Shown: positions 45,344 through 54,186 of the stretch, piece by piece
Layout of the letters: every line of letters starts with the position of its first letter
How positions within the stretch are numbered: the stretch's first letter is position 1
Assembly: GCA_963795945.1 (NCBI GenBank)
Contig: CAWCJN010000003.1
Coordinates: 71,539 to 135,538 of the forward strand
Source: an uncultured Pseudomonadota bacterium
GTDB lineage: Bacteria > Desulfobacterota > Binatia > Binatales > Binataceae
Length of the DNA: 64,000 nt
Direction of reading: 5' to 3'
The notes under the pieces: generated by a model
The model's database searches: none
The model's input: only the letters and a program-made list of their open reading frames with translations
What the model was told of the DNA's origin: nothing
Translations under genes and position numbers: made by a program

Positions 45344-47464
45344 TCACTCCAAATCCAGCTTCACTCCGGCGACGAAATTGATCGGCGGGGCCGGAAATCC
45401 GAATGCCTCCGCGTAATGACGATCGAATAGATTCTGAATGCGCGCGACGAATGTCTCGTCCCGAATCAGGTTCCACTGAATTCCCGGCGAGTACGAGAAA
45501 GACGCGTCCACCCGATTGTAAGCCGCGTGATTCGCGATACTGCCTTCAGGAGTGATGTCGTCGCGATCGCCGACAAAAGTGTAGGCGATTGAACCGGTCG
45601 TATAATCGTTGTCGCGTAACAGGTTCTTATGAACGTACTGCGTGACTGTCGCGGCGGAGTACTTTGGTACGCGCACCGGCTGACGACTGAATAGGGGAGG
45701 ATCGTGGCGCTGATCGAGATAAGTGAAGCTGCCGCTCAGCGACAATCCTCTGATCGGATGGGTTTCGGGCGCGAACTCGATTCCCTGCGTATCGACCCGT
45801 CCGACGTTGCCCGCGAGCGAGCCGAATGGACAGCTCACCGGATTGATGGCGCACGGCACGGAAACGATCTCATCATGCACACGGCGCGAGAAGTAGGTTG
45901 TCGTGATCGAGGCGAGTTCGCCGAAGGTCTTGGTGAAGCCGCCATCATATTCACTGGAAATCTCCGGTCCGAGCTTCGGATTGCCAAAGCCCGGGAAATA
46001 TAGCTCGTTGAAGGTCGGCGCACGGAAGCCCTCCGCATAACTTCCGCGCAAAGTAAGACCGTACTGATCAAATGGAATCGCGACCGACCAGGCCGGGCTG
46101 ACCTCTTTGCCGAAGTCGCTGTAACCGTCCACGCGGAAGCCGCCGGTCGCGATCAGATGGCCGTCGAAGAGCCGCGCCTCCTGCTCCACGTAACCGGCAT
46201 ATTCCTGGCGGCGCGCGTTGAACACCGTCAGCGAACGGGACAGCGGCGGCGGCGAGTAGCTGACGAAATCGTCCTGCGAATGAACCCACTGGTCGAGGAA
46301 CTCAAAGCCGGCCAACGAGCGAAGAATCTTGTTCCAGACATAAACTCCGTCGAGATTGCCGCCCCGTGTCTCGTCCGGAATATGATCAGTTTCAGCAAAG
46401 GGACTTCCGGTGAAGGCAACTTCATTCACGCGTAGTTCGTCACGCACGTAAAAAGCACTGAGCCGCGCTGACAGGCGCTCGCTGAACTGATGATCGATTG
46501 CGCCCTTATAAAGCATAAATTCATTGCGCTGATGAGCGTTCGGATTGACCGGAATGCCGCTTGAAATCGAGAAACTCGGCAAGCTCACGTTGGCGCGGAT
46601 ATAGCGCGCAAAGCCGTGCAGTGTGGTGTTCTCGTCCAGATGGTAATCGAGGCGCAGCGCACCCGAGAGGTTATCCGAATTGTCGTTGCGCGTGCGATAA
46701 GCGGTAGTCGAGAAATAGGAGAGCGATCCCGAATAGGCGAACTTGCCGTCCGCCCCGCCGAAGGTCGCGAACTGGTTCTGCGTCGCACGATTACCCCCTT
46801 CGGAAAGCAGTGAAAAATGCGGCGGGCCTGAACCTTCCTGACTAATTATATTCACGACGCCACCGATCGCCTGCGACCCATAGAGCGCTCCGCCCGCGCC
46901 GCGTACGACCTCGATGCGATCGAGATCGCCGGTAGTGATGCGGCTCAGGTCGAACGACGAGGTCGCCGAATCATTCACCGGCACGCCATCGATTAGGATG
47001 AGATTTTGATCAGGCGACGCGCCCCGGATGAAGATTTCCGCGAGCGACCCCGGTGGGCCGCTCTGCACCACCTGCACGCCAGGCACTTCGCGCAGGCCGT
47101 CGATCACGCTCGTGATCTGCTGGTTTTGCAGATCATGGCCGGTGACGACGGAGGTGGTTGTCCCGACCTCGCCGAGCGGCTGAGCCATCCGCGTCGGTGT
47201 GATCACGATCGTCATACGCGGAAGTTTACCATTCGAAGGTGGGGTAGTGGTCGCCTGCTGCGCCGCCGTTCCTATTTTGGAGTGGGATGGAACGGGACTT
47301 TTTGAATGCGTACCTCCCTTACTGGAAGCGCCGGCGGATTTCTGCCCGCTGGGCGATGGAATCGGTGCGGGCGTGGCGGAACTATCCGCACTCGCCCCGC
47401 TGCTCACAATCGAGAGAAAAAGCATCAAAATGAAAATGCAATGTAAACCCTGCCGCATGACCAC
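45344..47464 (-). CDS. TonB-dependent outer-membrane receptor, probable cobalamin/corrinoid uptake (BtuB-like)
   Basis: 706 aa with a signal peptide, a plug domain (..DGLREVPGVQVVQSGPPGS..IFIRG) and a C-terminal beta-barrel ending ..VAGVKLDLE. A cobalamin riboswitch sits in the leader. Confidence 0.8.
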   Translation of the reverse strand: MVMRQGLHCIFILMLFLSIVSSGASADSSATPAPIPSPSGQKSAGASSKGGTHSKSPVPSHSKIGTAAQQATTTPPSNGKLPRMTIVITPTRMAQPLGEVGTTTSVVTGHDLQNQQITSVIDGLREVPGVQVVQSGPPGSLAEIFIRGASPDQNLILIDGVPVNDSATSSFDLSRITTGDLDRIEVVRGAGGALYGSQAIGGVVNIISQEGSGPPHFSLLSEGGNRATQNQFATFGGADGKFAYSGSLSYFSTTAYRTRNDNSDNLSGALRLDYHLDENTTLHGFARYIRANVSLPSFSISSGIPVNPNAHQRNEFMLYKGAIDHQFSERLSARLSAFYVRDELRVNEVAFTGSPFAETDHIPDETRGGNLDGVYVWNKILRSLAGFEFLDQWVHSQDDFVSYSPPPLSRSLTVFNARRQEYAGYVEQEARLFDGHLIATGGFRVDGYSDFGKEVSPAWSVAIPFDQYGLTLRGSYAEGFRAPTFNELYFPGFGNPKLGPEISSEYDGGFTKTFGELASITTTYFSRRVHDEIVSVPCAINPVSCPFGSLAGNVGRVDTQGIEFAPETHPIRGLSLSGSFTYLDQRHDPPLFSRQPVRVPKYSAATVTQYVHKNLLRDNDYTTGSIAYTFVGDRDDITPEGSIANHAAYNRVDASFSYSPGIQWNLIRDETFVARIQNLFDRHYAEAFGFPAPPINFVAGVKLDLE

Positions 47465-47589
47465 CCTCGTGGTGCGGCTGATCCGGGAGATTAAGACGAT
47501 GCGCGGTTAAGGCTGACCGTCCTCAATCCTACGACAATGAGAACGGATGACAATCTCGACGGCGCTGCGACCCTCCCCGCGGAAGGCAA

Positions 47590-47740
47590 CCGCAAAGTCG
47601 TTCGGCCGGTCTCCTGGCTTGGGGTTCTCACTAAGGCCCGCCTTCCCGCTTGCGCGGTGGCCAAAAGGGCCGTCGTCCCCCGATACAGTTGCGGGGCAGC
47701 GCCGGATTCACACCGGCTTCCCGTACACCAAACGCGAAGT
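47590..47740 (-). promoter_or_regulatory. Cobalamin (AdoCbl) riboswitch
   Basis: The reverse strand reads GGGAAGCCGGTGTGAATCCGGCGCTGCCCCGCAACTGTA...GGCCACCGCGCAAGCGGGAAGGC...AAGCCAGGAGACCGGCC. These are the conserved B12-element blocks, in the correct order. Confidence 0.85.
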
Positions 47741-47806
47741 GAATAAATATGCGCGTCGAGGCGCGGAGTCAACCTGCGCCGCTTGAGCTTCTGCTAAGCT
47801 GGCGCG

Positions 47807-48334
47807 ATGGCCTCCGAGAAGCTGACGTTGATTACGGGCGGGGCGCGCAGCGGCAAAAGCGCGCGGGCTGTGACGCTGGCGATGGAGTATCCGGCTGACC
47901 AGCGCTTCTTTTTGGCGACCGCCGAGGCGCTGGACGAGGAGATGCGTGCGCGCATCGAGCGCCATCGGCACGATCGCGCGGGCGCTTTCGAGACACTCGA
48001 AGAGCCGATTGAGATTTGTGCTGCACTTGAAACTCTCGAAACCCGTCCCGCAGTCGTGGTGCTCGATTGTCTGACGCTGTGGATCGCCAATCTCATGGAG
48101 CGCGGGCTGTGCGACGACGCAATTCTTATGCAGACGGATAAACTGGTTATCCAGCTCAGGCAAGCCGCCTTCAGCACGATCGTCGTTACCGACGAGGTCG
48201 GAGGGGGGATTGTGCCGGAAAATCCGGTCGCGCGGCGATTTCGCGACCTGCTCGGATGGACCAATCAAAAAATCGCCGAGGCTTGCGACCGGGTAATCCT
48301 GATGGTCGCGGGCCAGCCGCTCACGCTTAAGTAA
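47807..48334 (+). CDS. cobU: Adenosylcobinamide kinase / adenosylcobinamide-phosphate guanylyltransferase
   Basis: LTLITGGARSGKSARAV P-loop, 175 aa. Confidence 0.85.
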   Translation: MASEKLTLITGGARSGKSARAVTLAMEYPADQRFFLATAEALDEEMRARIERHRHDRAGAFETLEEPIEICAALETLETRPAVVVLDCLTLWIANLMERGLCDDAILMQTDKLVIQLRQAAFSTIVVTDEVGGGIVPENPVARRFRDLLGWTNQKIAEACDRVILMVAGQPLTLK

Positions 48335-48457
48335 ATGGGCGCGGATGCAATCCGTGAATTGCGCCAGTTCGAATGCTTTGCGATAAGAAAGTAATAAGTG
48401 GCGGCTGCGCGCAAGCCCAGCGCTGCCCTTCTATCCACCCACGAAACTGGAGGCCTG

Positions 48458-49174
48458 ATGCAAGGGTTTATCGATTTCCTCAAACACGCCCAACTTCATC
48501 CTGTAGTCGATCATTTTACTGTCGCGTTGCTTATCCTCGGGATTCTCGTCGATCTCTTCGCGAGTTTGGTTCCGCTGCGCCTTTGGCTCCGCTACATGGC
48601 ATTGATACTGATGATCCTGGGCGCAATCGCGGCAGCGGGTTCCAATCTCACCGGCGGATGGGAAGCCGGGCGGGTTTGGGACAGCGTTAGCGGTCCGGCC
48701 AAGGACGTGCTCAAACGGCACGCCGAATTAGGTGATTATCTGCCGTGGGTCTTTGGCGCCCTCGCCCTATGGCGACTCGGGCTGCAATTCATCGGCTTTC
48801 TCGCGCGCACGAGGGTCGTCTATATCGTGGTTGCAGTACTCGCGGGTGTGGTATTGGGATATCAAGGTCATCTCGGAGGAGTGTTGGCCTATGACTATGG
48901 TGTGGGTACCGCGTTAATGCCGAGCGGGACGCCATCGCCCGCCGAGTTAGCTCCGCAACAGAATGCGCAGCCAACCCCGATTCCGACCGTTTATGTTCCC
49001 CCGCCGGCGGAGCTTCCCACCTCTACCGCGACTGCTTCCGCAGTTGCGACCCCGATAGCTGCTGTGCCGATGGCTACCGCCACGCCGACTTCAACCTCCT
49101 CGGGAACTCCGGTCAATCCACCGCCGGGCGAAAGCGCACCGCGGCCGCCAGCGTCGAAACCGACGACCCTGTGA
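48458..49174 (+). CDS. DUF2231-like membrane protein with a Pro/Thr/Ala-rich tail
   Basis: I prefer the start MQGFIDFLKHAQLHPVVDHFTVALLILG after GGAGG. Four hydrophobic segments. Confidence 0.55.
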   Translation: MQGFIDFLKHAQLHPVVDHFTVALLILGILVDLFASLVPLRLWLRYMALILMILGAIAAAGSNLTGGWEAGRVWDSVSGPAKDVLKRHAELGDYLPWVFGALALWRLGLQFIGFLARTRVVYIVVAVLAGVVLGYQGHLGGVLAYDYGVGTALMPSGTPSPAELAPQQNAQPTPIPTVYVPPPAELPTSTATASAVATPIAAVPMATATPTSTSSGTPVNPPPGESAPRPPASKPTTL

Positions 49175-49183
49175 GAAGCGATC

Positions 49184-49954
49184 TTGGTAGAACGGCAAAT
49201 CGGAACAGTGCAGGCGCTATGGCGTTATCCGGTGAAATCCCTGCGCGGAGAGCCATTGCCTGAAGCGCTAATCAACGAACATGGAGTCATAGGTGATCGT
49301 CAATGGGCGCTGCGCGAATTGGAGCGCGGCGGCATCATGAGCGCGCGCGTCTGGGCCGGATTGCTGGGGTTGAGTGCGAAGTATGATGACGTCAGCGCGC
49401 AGGTCGCGATCGAGCTCGCCGATGGACGCTCACTTGATGCTACTGATCCTTTTACGGGTGCGGTTCTTACTGAGTTGCTGGGCCGCTCTGTCCGGCTCGA
49501 ACAGGTCCGTCGCGAACGTCCAACCGCCGAAGAGCTTGACGCGATCATCAATGGCGCGGCCTTCCCGCCCGCGCGCGACTTCTTCGACGAAGACGTAATG
49601 CATGTGATCGCGAGCGGCACGTTAGCTCATCTACGCACGCTCAATCCCGACGGGGATTTCGACTCGCGACGCTTTCGCGCGAACATCTATATAGATATGG
49701 GCGATGACAACGACGGCTTTATCGAGGATCGATGGCTCGATGGAGAATTGCACGTCGGCGACTCGGTACGGATTGTGGGAATGCGACCCGCGATCCGATG
49801 CGTGATGACGACGCATCCGCAGCCTGACTTGCGGCGTGACATGTCGATTCTGCGGACTGCCGCGCAGTATCACGGAGCCTATGTCGGGGTATTCGCCTCG
49901 GTCGGCGAAAACGGTATTGTCCGGATTGGCGATCCGGTCGTGCTGGCGCAATGA
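49184..49954 (+). CDS. MOSC-domain protein
   Basis: IGTVQALWRYPVKSLRGE ... RCVMTTHPQ. Confidence 0.75.
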   Translation: MVERQIGTVQALWRYPVKSLRGEPLPEALINEHGVIGDRQWALRELERGGIMSARVWAGLLGLSAKYDDVSAQVAIELADGRSLDATDPFTGAVLTELLGRSVRLEQVRRERPTAEELDAIINGAAFPPARDFFDEDVMHVIASGTLAHLRTLNPDGDFDSRRFRANIYIDMGDDNDGFIEDRWLDGELHVGDSVRIVGMRPAIRCVMTTHPQPDLRRDMSILRTAAQYHGAYVGVFASVGENGIVRIGDPVVLAQ

Positions 49955-50817
49955 TGCGGCCATTGGAGGAGACGGTGAGCAGACAACAGGTTGGAGTCGT
50001 ACAACAGCTCTTTCGTTATCCGGTCAAATCCGTACTCGGCGAAAGTCCAAGCGAGCTGGAAGTTGGGCGAAATGGTGTAATTGGCGATCGCGCGTGGGCG
50101 ATCCGCGAGGCTAACGGCCGCATCGCCACGGCTAAGAAATACGCGAACCTGCTCGATTTCCGCGCCGCCTACGAATCCGCCCCCAAACCCGATTCGCCAG
50201 CACCCGTGCGCATCACGATGCCCGATGGTCGCGCGTTGCATGCCGCTGACCGAGATGCTTCTCAAGCGCTTTCTGCGGCCTTAGGGCGTTCGATTGTGCT
50301 CGAACAATACCGCGCGGGCGAACGCTCGCACGGCGAAATCGATCCACAGACGATCTTCGGCGATGTGGGCGTCGAGCGTGTGATGCCTGGCTTAACCACG
50401 GCGACCATGCCCGACAGCTTCGGGCTGTTCAAAGGCACCTTCTTCGATTCGGCGACCATTCATTTTCTGACGACCGGTTCGATGACTCATCTGCGCTCGC
50501 TGATTGACGACGACGCGCAAATCGACGCCCGCCGTTTTCGTCCGAACATCGTGATCGATACCGGTGATCGAAATGACGGTTTCATCGAAGACGAATGGCT
50601 CGACGGCGAGCTTCAGGTGGGTGAACAGGTCAGGATTGTCTCGATGGAAAAGGCGTTGCGCTGCGTGATGACGACGCATCGCCAGGGCGATCTTCCGCGT
50701 GATCTACGCGTTTTGCGCGCAGCCGCTCAACATCATAATGCCCGTCTCGGTGTCTTTGCCGCGATTGGAGCGCCGGGGATGGTTCGCGTGGGCGATCCGG
50801 TCTGGCTGAACAACTGA
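49951..50817 (+). CDS. MOSC-domain protein, tandem paralog
   Basis: VGVVQQLFRYPVKSVLGE ... RCVMTTHRQ. 4-nt overlap with the upstream paralog. Confidence 0.75.
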   Translation: MMRPLEETVSRQQVGVVQQLFRYPVKSVLGESPSELEVGRNGVIGDRAWAIREANGRIATAKKYANLLDFRAAYESAPKPDSPAPVRITMPDGRALHAADRDASQALSAALGRSIVLEQYRAGERSHGEIDPQTIFGDVGVERVMPGLTTATMPDSFGLFKGTFFDSATIHFLTTGSMTHLRSLIDDDAQIDARRFRPNIVIDTGDRNDGFIEDEWLDGELQVGEQVRIVSMEKALRCVMTTHRQGDLPRDLRVLRAAAQHHNARLGVFAAIGAPGMVRVGDPVWLNN

Positions 50818-50835
50818 CGCTCGGGAACGCTGGGG

Positions 50836-53800
50836 GTGAGCAGCAATATCAATAGCGGATTCTCGTTGGCGGCATCGGATGAAACGCCGTCCCGCCGATT
50901 AATCATTGCGCCGCGCGCCGCTGATCGGATCGGTGCGGCACGTCTGTGGGTCGAAGCGCTACCGTCCGGTATGGAGGCGCTCGTCGTTGCACCGACGCAA
51001 GAGGCCGCCGACGATCTGGTAAGGCCAACTATCCTGCGCCGAGGAGCAATTTTCGGCATCCAGCGCCTGTCCCTCAATCGCCTCGCGGCCCTGCTCGCGG
51101 CCGAACACACTGCGACCAACGGACTGACTTACGTTGATGGACTGGGGACTCGAGCGGTCGCCGCGCGCGCGCTATTCGCCCTGCGGGGCAGCGATATTCT
51201 TGCGCCGCTTGGCGCGGTAGCCGATCTGCCCGGCCTTCCGAAGGCGATTGCTGCAACCCGCCTCGAGCTCAGCCAAGCCCGAATCGACTTGCGCCAGTTG
51301 GCAGTTATCGACGAGATGGGGCGTACGTTGGCCGCAATTTTCGCTCACTATGACGAGCAGCTTCGCCGCGGTGGTCTGATTGATCGCGCAGGAATTTTTG
51401 CGGCAGCCATCGCCGCGCTTGGCGCTCCTGAATTGCCCGCCTACGCAGGATTGTCCACGGTGCTGCTCGATTTGCCGCTCAATAGCCTCCTCGAACGTGA
51501 TTTCGTTCACGCACTTGCCGAGAGAGCGCCATCATTGATCGCAACTGCGCCGGCCGGAGCGACCGATCGTCCGCAGCTTGCAGGAAATCGCCCCCGCTAC
51601 TCGCGCGCGGTTAATTTCCTCGCCGAGGCGCTGGCGGTCGCACCCGAGCGGCTCCATTCAGCGGAAGCATCGCCCGACGCGCTCGCGCGAGTGCAGGAAT
51701 ATCTGTTCGGCGATACTCCGCCGATAGCACCGCTCGACGATTCGGTGGCTCTCTGCTCGGCGGCAGGCGAAATGCAGGAATGCGTCGAGATTGCACGACA
51801 GATTCAGGGTGAGGCGCGCCGCGGAATCGCTTTCGATCGGATCGCGATTCTGCTTCACACCCCCGGACGTTATGCGTCTCATCTGGAAGAAGCCCTAGCG
51901 CGTGCGGAGATTCCCGCCTGGTTTGCGCGCGGGACCTTGCGACCCGAACCCGGCGGACGCGCGTTGCTCGCCCTGTTGAACTGTCTCGCGGAGCGCTACT
52001 CGGCGCGCCGCTTCGCCGAGTATTTATCTCTGTCACAGGTTCCCGACCCCGATTCAAGCGCTGAAGATCGCGCTGATTCCGAGTTCCTTCCCGCCGATGT
52101 CGAGCTTGTCCCGATGGTTTTTGATGGGCTCAAGATAGTCCAATTCGACTCGCAGGAGCCGGACCCGACTCCTGTGGCAGGTCAACCCGGACGCGCTCCG
52201 TGGCGATGGGAACGCATCCTAATTCAGGCCTCTGTAATCGGCGGTCGTGAGCGTTGGAGCAGCCGGCTGGCGGGACTGGAAGCGGAGCTGCGGCTCAGGC
52301 GCGGCGAGCTTGAAGAAGAGGATTCGCGCTGCGCCAAGCTCGATCGCGACTTGCTCGATCTCGGACATCTGCGCGATGTCGCCCTCCTAATTATCGAAAA
52401 GCTGTCCGCGCTTCCGGTATCTGCGACGTGGGGAGAATGGCTGGCGGGATTGCGGGCATTAACTGAAATTGCGGTGCGCGACTCTCAGATTGTGCTCACA
52501 GCGCTCGCCGAACTGGAGCCGATGAGCCCGATCGGCGGAATCACCCTAGACGAGGTGCGAATCGTCCTGAATGAACGGCTAGGGCGTCTCGAAAAGCCGC
52601 CGTCTCCCCGCCGCTATGGTGCTGTATTAGTTGCACCGACCAGCTATGCCCACGGTCTTGAGTTCGACGTTACGATAATGCCTGGTCTGGCCGAGCGATT
52701 GCTGCCGCGCAAACTGATCGAAGACCCATTACTGCCCGATGCGGTACGCGTGCGACTCAACAGTGCATTGGTGGTTCAGGCTGATCGCGCCGAAGCGGAG
52801 CGCACTGCGTTGAGAGTTGCGCTGGGAGCGGCTAGTCGGCGCACTGCGGTCTCCTATCCGCGAGTCGATGTGGAGCAGGGGCGCCCGCGAGTGCCTTCAT
52901 TCTATGCACTGGAAATTCTGCGCGCCGCAGAAGGACGCTTACCCGGATTTGACGAACTCGCCCGACGAGCCGCCGGCGAGCATCGCGCGCGACTTGGATG
53001 GCCGGTGCCGCAAAATCCCGTCGACGCTATCGACACCATCGAATTTGATCTGGCGACGCTCGAGCGGGTGGTCGGCGGCGATGCCGAGACCACGCGCGGC
53101 GCAGCGCATTATCTGCTCGACGCCAACCCGCATCTGGGCCGCGCGCTGCGGGCGCGGGCGCGCCGCTGGTTGCGGCGCTGGACACCCAACGATGGTTTGG
53201 TTGATCTGACCACCGCCGAGCGCGGCGCCTTGGCACGCCATCAGCTCGCCGCACGTTCCTATTCACCGACCGCCTTGCAGCATTACGCGGCCTGTCCGTT
53301 CAAATTCTTCTTGCAGGCCATCATTCGGCTCGAGCCGCGCGACGAAATCCAGGAACTTGAAGCGATTGATCCGCTGACGCGCGGCGCCCTGTTTCACGAG
53401 GTGCAATTCGAAACTCTGACCGCGCTCCGCAAGACCGATGCGCTGCCGGTGCGTGGATCCGGTCTGGACCGCGCCTACGAGCTTCTCGAAAGCAAGCTTT
53501 CCGCCGTCGGCGCGTATTATCACGATGAGTTGGCGCCCGCGATCGAGCGCGTCTGGCTGGATGGTCTCGATTCGATTCGCGCCGACCTGCGCGAATGGAT
53601 GCGCCGGATGGCGGAGGACGCCGACGGCTTCTGTCCCGATCGCTTCGAGCTGTCCTTCGGCCTACCTGACCGCGCGAAGGCTGATCCGGGCAGTGTGGCG
53701 GAGCCGATAAAGCTGTCAATCGGGATCAATCTGCGCGGCTCGATTGATCTGATTGAGCGAGGTTCCGACGGCGCATTGCGTGTCACCGATCATAAAACCG

Positions 53801-54186
53801 GACGGGTTTATGCCGGGAAGAATCTTTTGATTGGCGGCGGCAAGACGTTGCAGCCGGTATTGTACGCTTTGGCCGCCGAGCAACTGCTGGGAGCGCAAGT
53901 CGCCAGCGGCCGTCTCTATTACTGCACTGCCGCAGGCAACTATGAAAGTCGTACCGTGCCGCTCGATACTGCCGCGCGCGAGGCGATCGCGACTTTTGCC
54001 GCTGAGATCGATGCGGCCCTGAGCCGCGGCTTCTTTCCATCAGCGCCCGCCGATGGTCAATGCGAGTATTGCGATTATCGCATAGCCTGCGGACCCTACG
54101 AGCAGACCCGCGTGAAGATCAAAAGTGAGACGGCAGGCGCACAGGCGCGTCTCGCCGATCTGATGCGCTTACGCGAGATGCGATGA
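50836..54186 (+). CDS. addB: AddB-type helicase-nuclease subunit (PD-(D/E)XK nuclease with Fe-S cysteines)
   Basis: 1116 aa. The C-terminus has GSIDLIERGSDGALRVTDHKTG and CEYCDYRIACG, plus an earlier Cys in HYAACPFKFF. It overlaps addA by 4 nt. Confidence 0.75.
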   Translation: MSSNINSGFSLAASDETPSRRLIIAPRAADRIGAARLWVEALPSGMEALVVAPTQEAADDLVRPTILRRGAIFGIQRLSLNRLAALLAAEHTATNGLTYVDGLGTRAVAARALFALRGSDILAPLGAVADLPGLPKAIAATRLELSQARIDLRQLAVIDEMGRTLAAIFAHYDEQLRRGGLIDRAGIFAAAIAALGAPELPAYAGLSTVLLDLPLNSLLERDFVHALAERAPSLIATAPAGATDRPQLAGNRPRYSRAVNFLAEALAVAPERLHSAEASPDALARVQEYLFGDTPPIAPLDDSVALCSAAGEMQECVEIARQIQGEARRGIAFDRIAILLHTPGRYASHLEEALARAEIPAWFARGTLRPEPGGRALLALLNCLAERYSARRFAEYLSLSQVPDPDSSAEDRADSEFLPADVELVPMVFDGLKIVQFDSQEPDPTPVAGQPGRAPWRWERILIQASVIGGRERWSSRLAGLEAELRLRRGELEEEDSRCAKLDRDLLDLGHLRDVALLIIEKLSALPVSATWGEWLAGLRALTEIAVRDSQIVLTALAELEPMSPIGGITLDEVRIVLNERLGRLEKPPSPRRYGAVLVAPTSYAHGLEFDVTIMPGLAERLLPRKLIEDPLLPDAVRVRLNSALVVQADRAEAERTALRVALGAASRRTAVSYPRVDVEQGRPRVPSFYALEILRAAEGRLPGFDELARRAAGEHRARLGWPVPQNPVDAIDTIEFDLATLERVVGGDAETTRGAAHYLLDANPHLGRALRARARRWLRRWTPNDGLVDLTTAERGALARHQLAARSYSPTALQHYAACPFKFFLQAIIRLEPRDEIQELEAIDPLTRGALFHEVQFETLTALRKTDALPVRGSGLDRAYELLESKLSAVGAYYHDELAPAIERVWLDGLDSIRADLREWMRRMAEDADGFCPDRFELSFGLPDRAKADPGSVAEPIKLSIGINLRGSIDLIERGSDGALRVTDHKTGRVYAGKNLLIGGGKTLQPVLYALAAEQLLGAQVASGRLYYCTAAGNYESRTVPLDTAAREAIATFAAEIDAALSRGFFPSAPADGQCEYCDYRIACGPYEQTRVKIKSETAGAQARLADLMRLREMR

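Noticed and set aside
47708-48268. 186- and 156-aa minus-strand ORFs
   Set aside because: They are antisense to cobU, which has a clear P-loop, and they partly cover the divergent promoter and riboswitch region.
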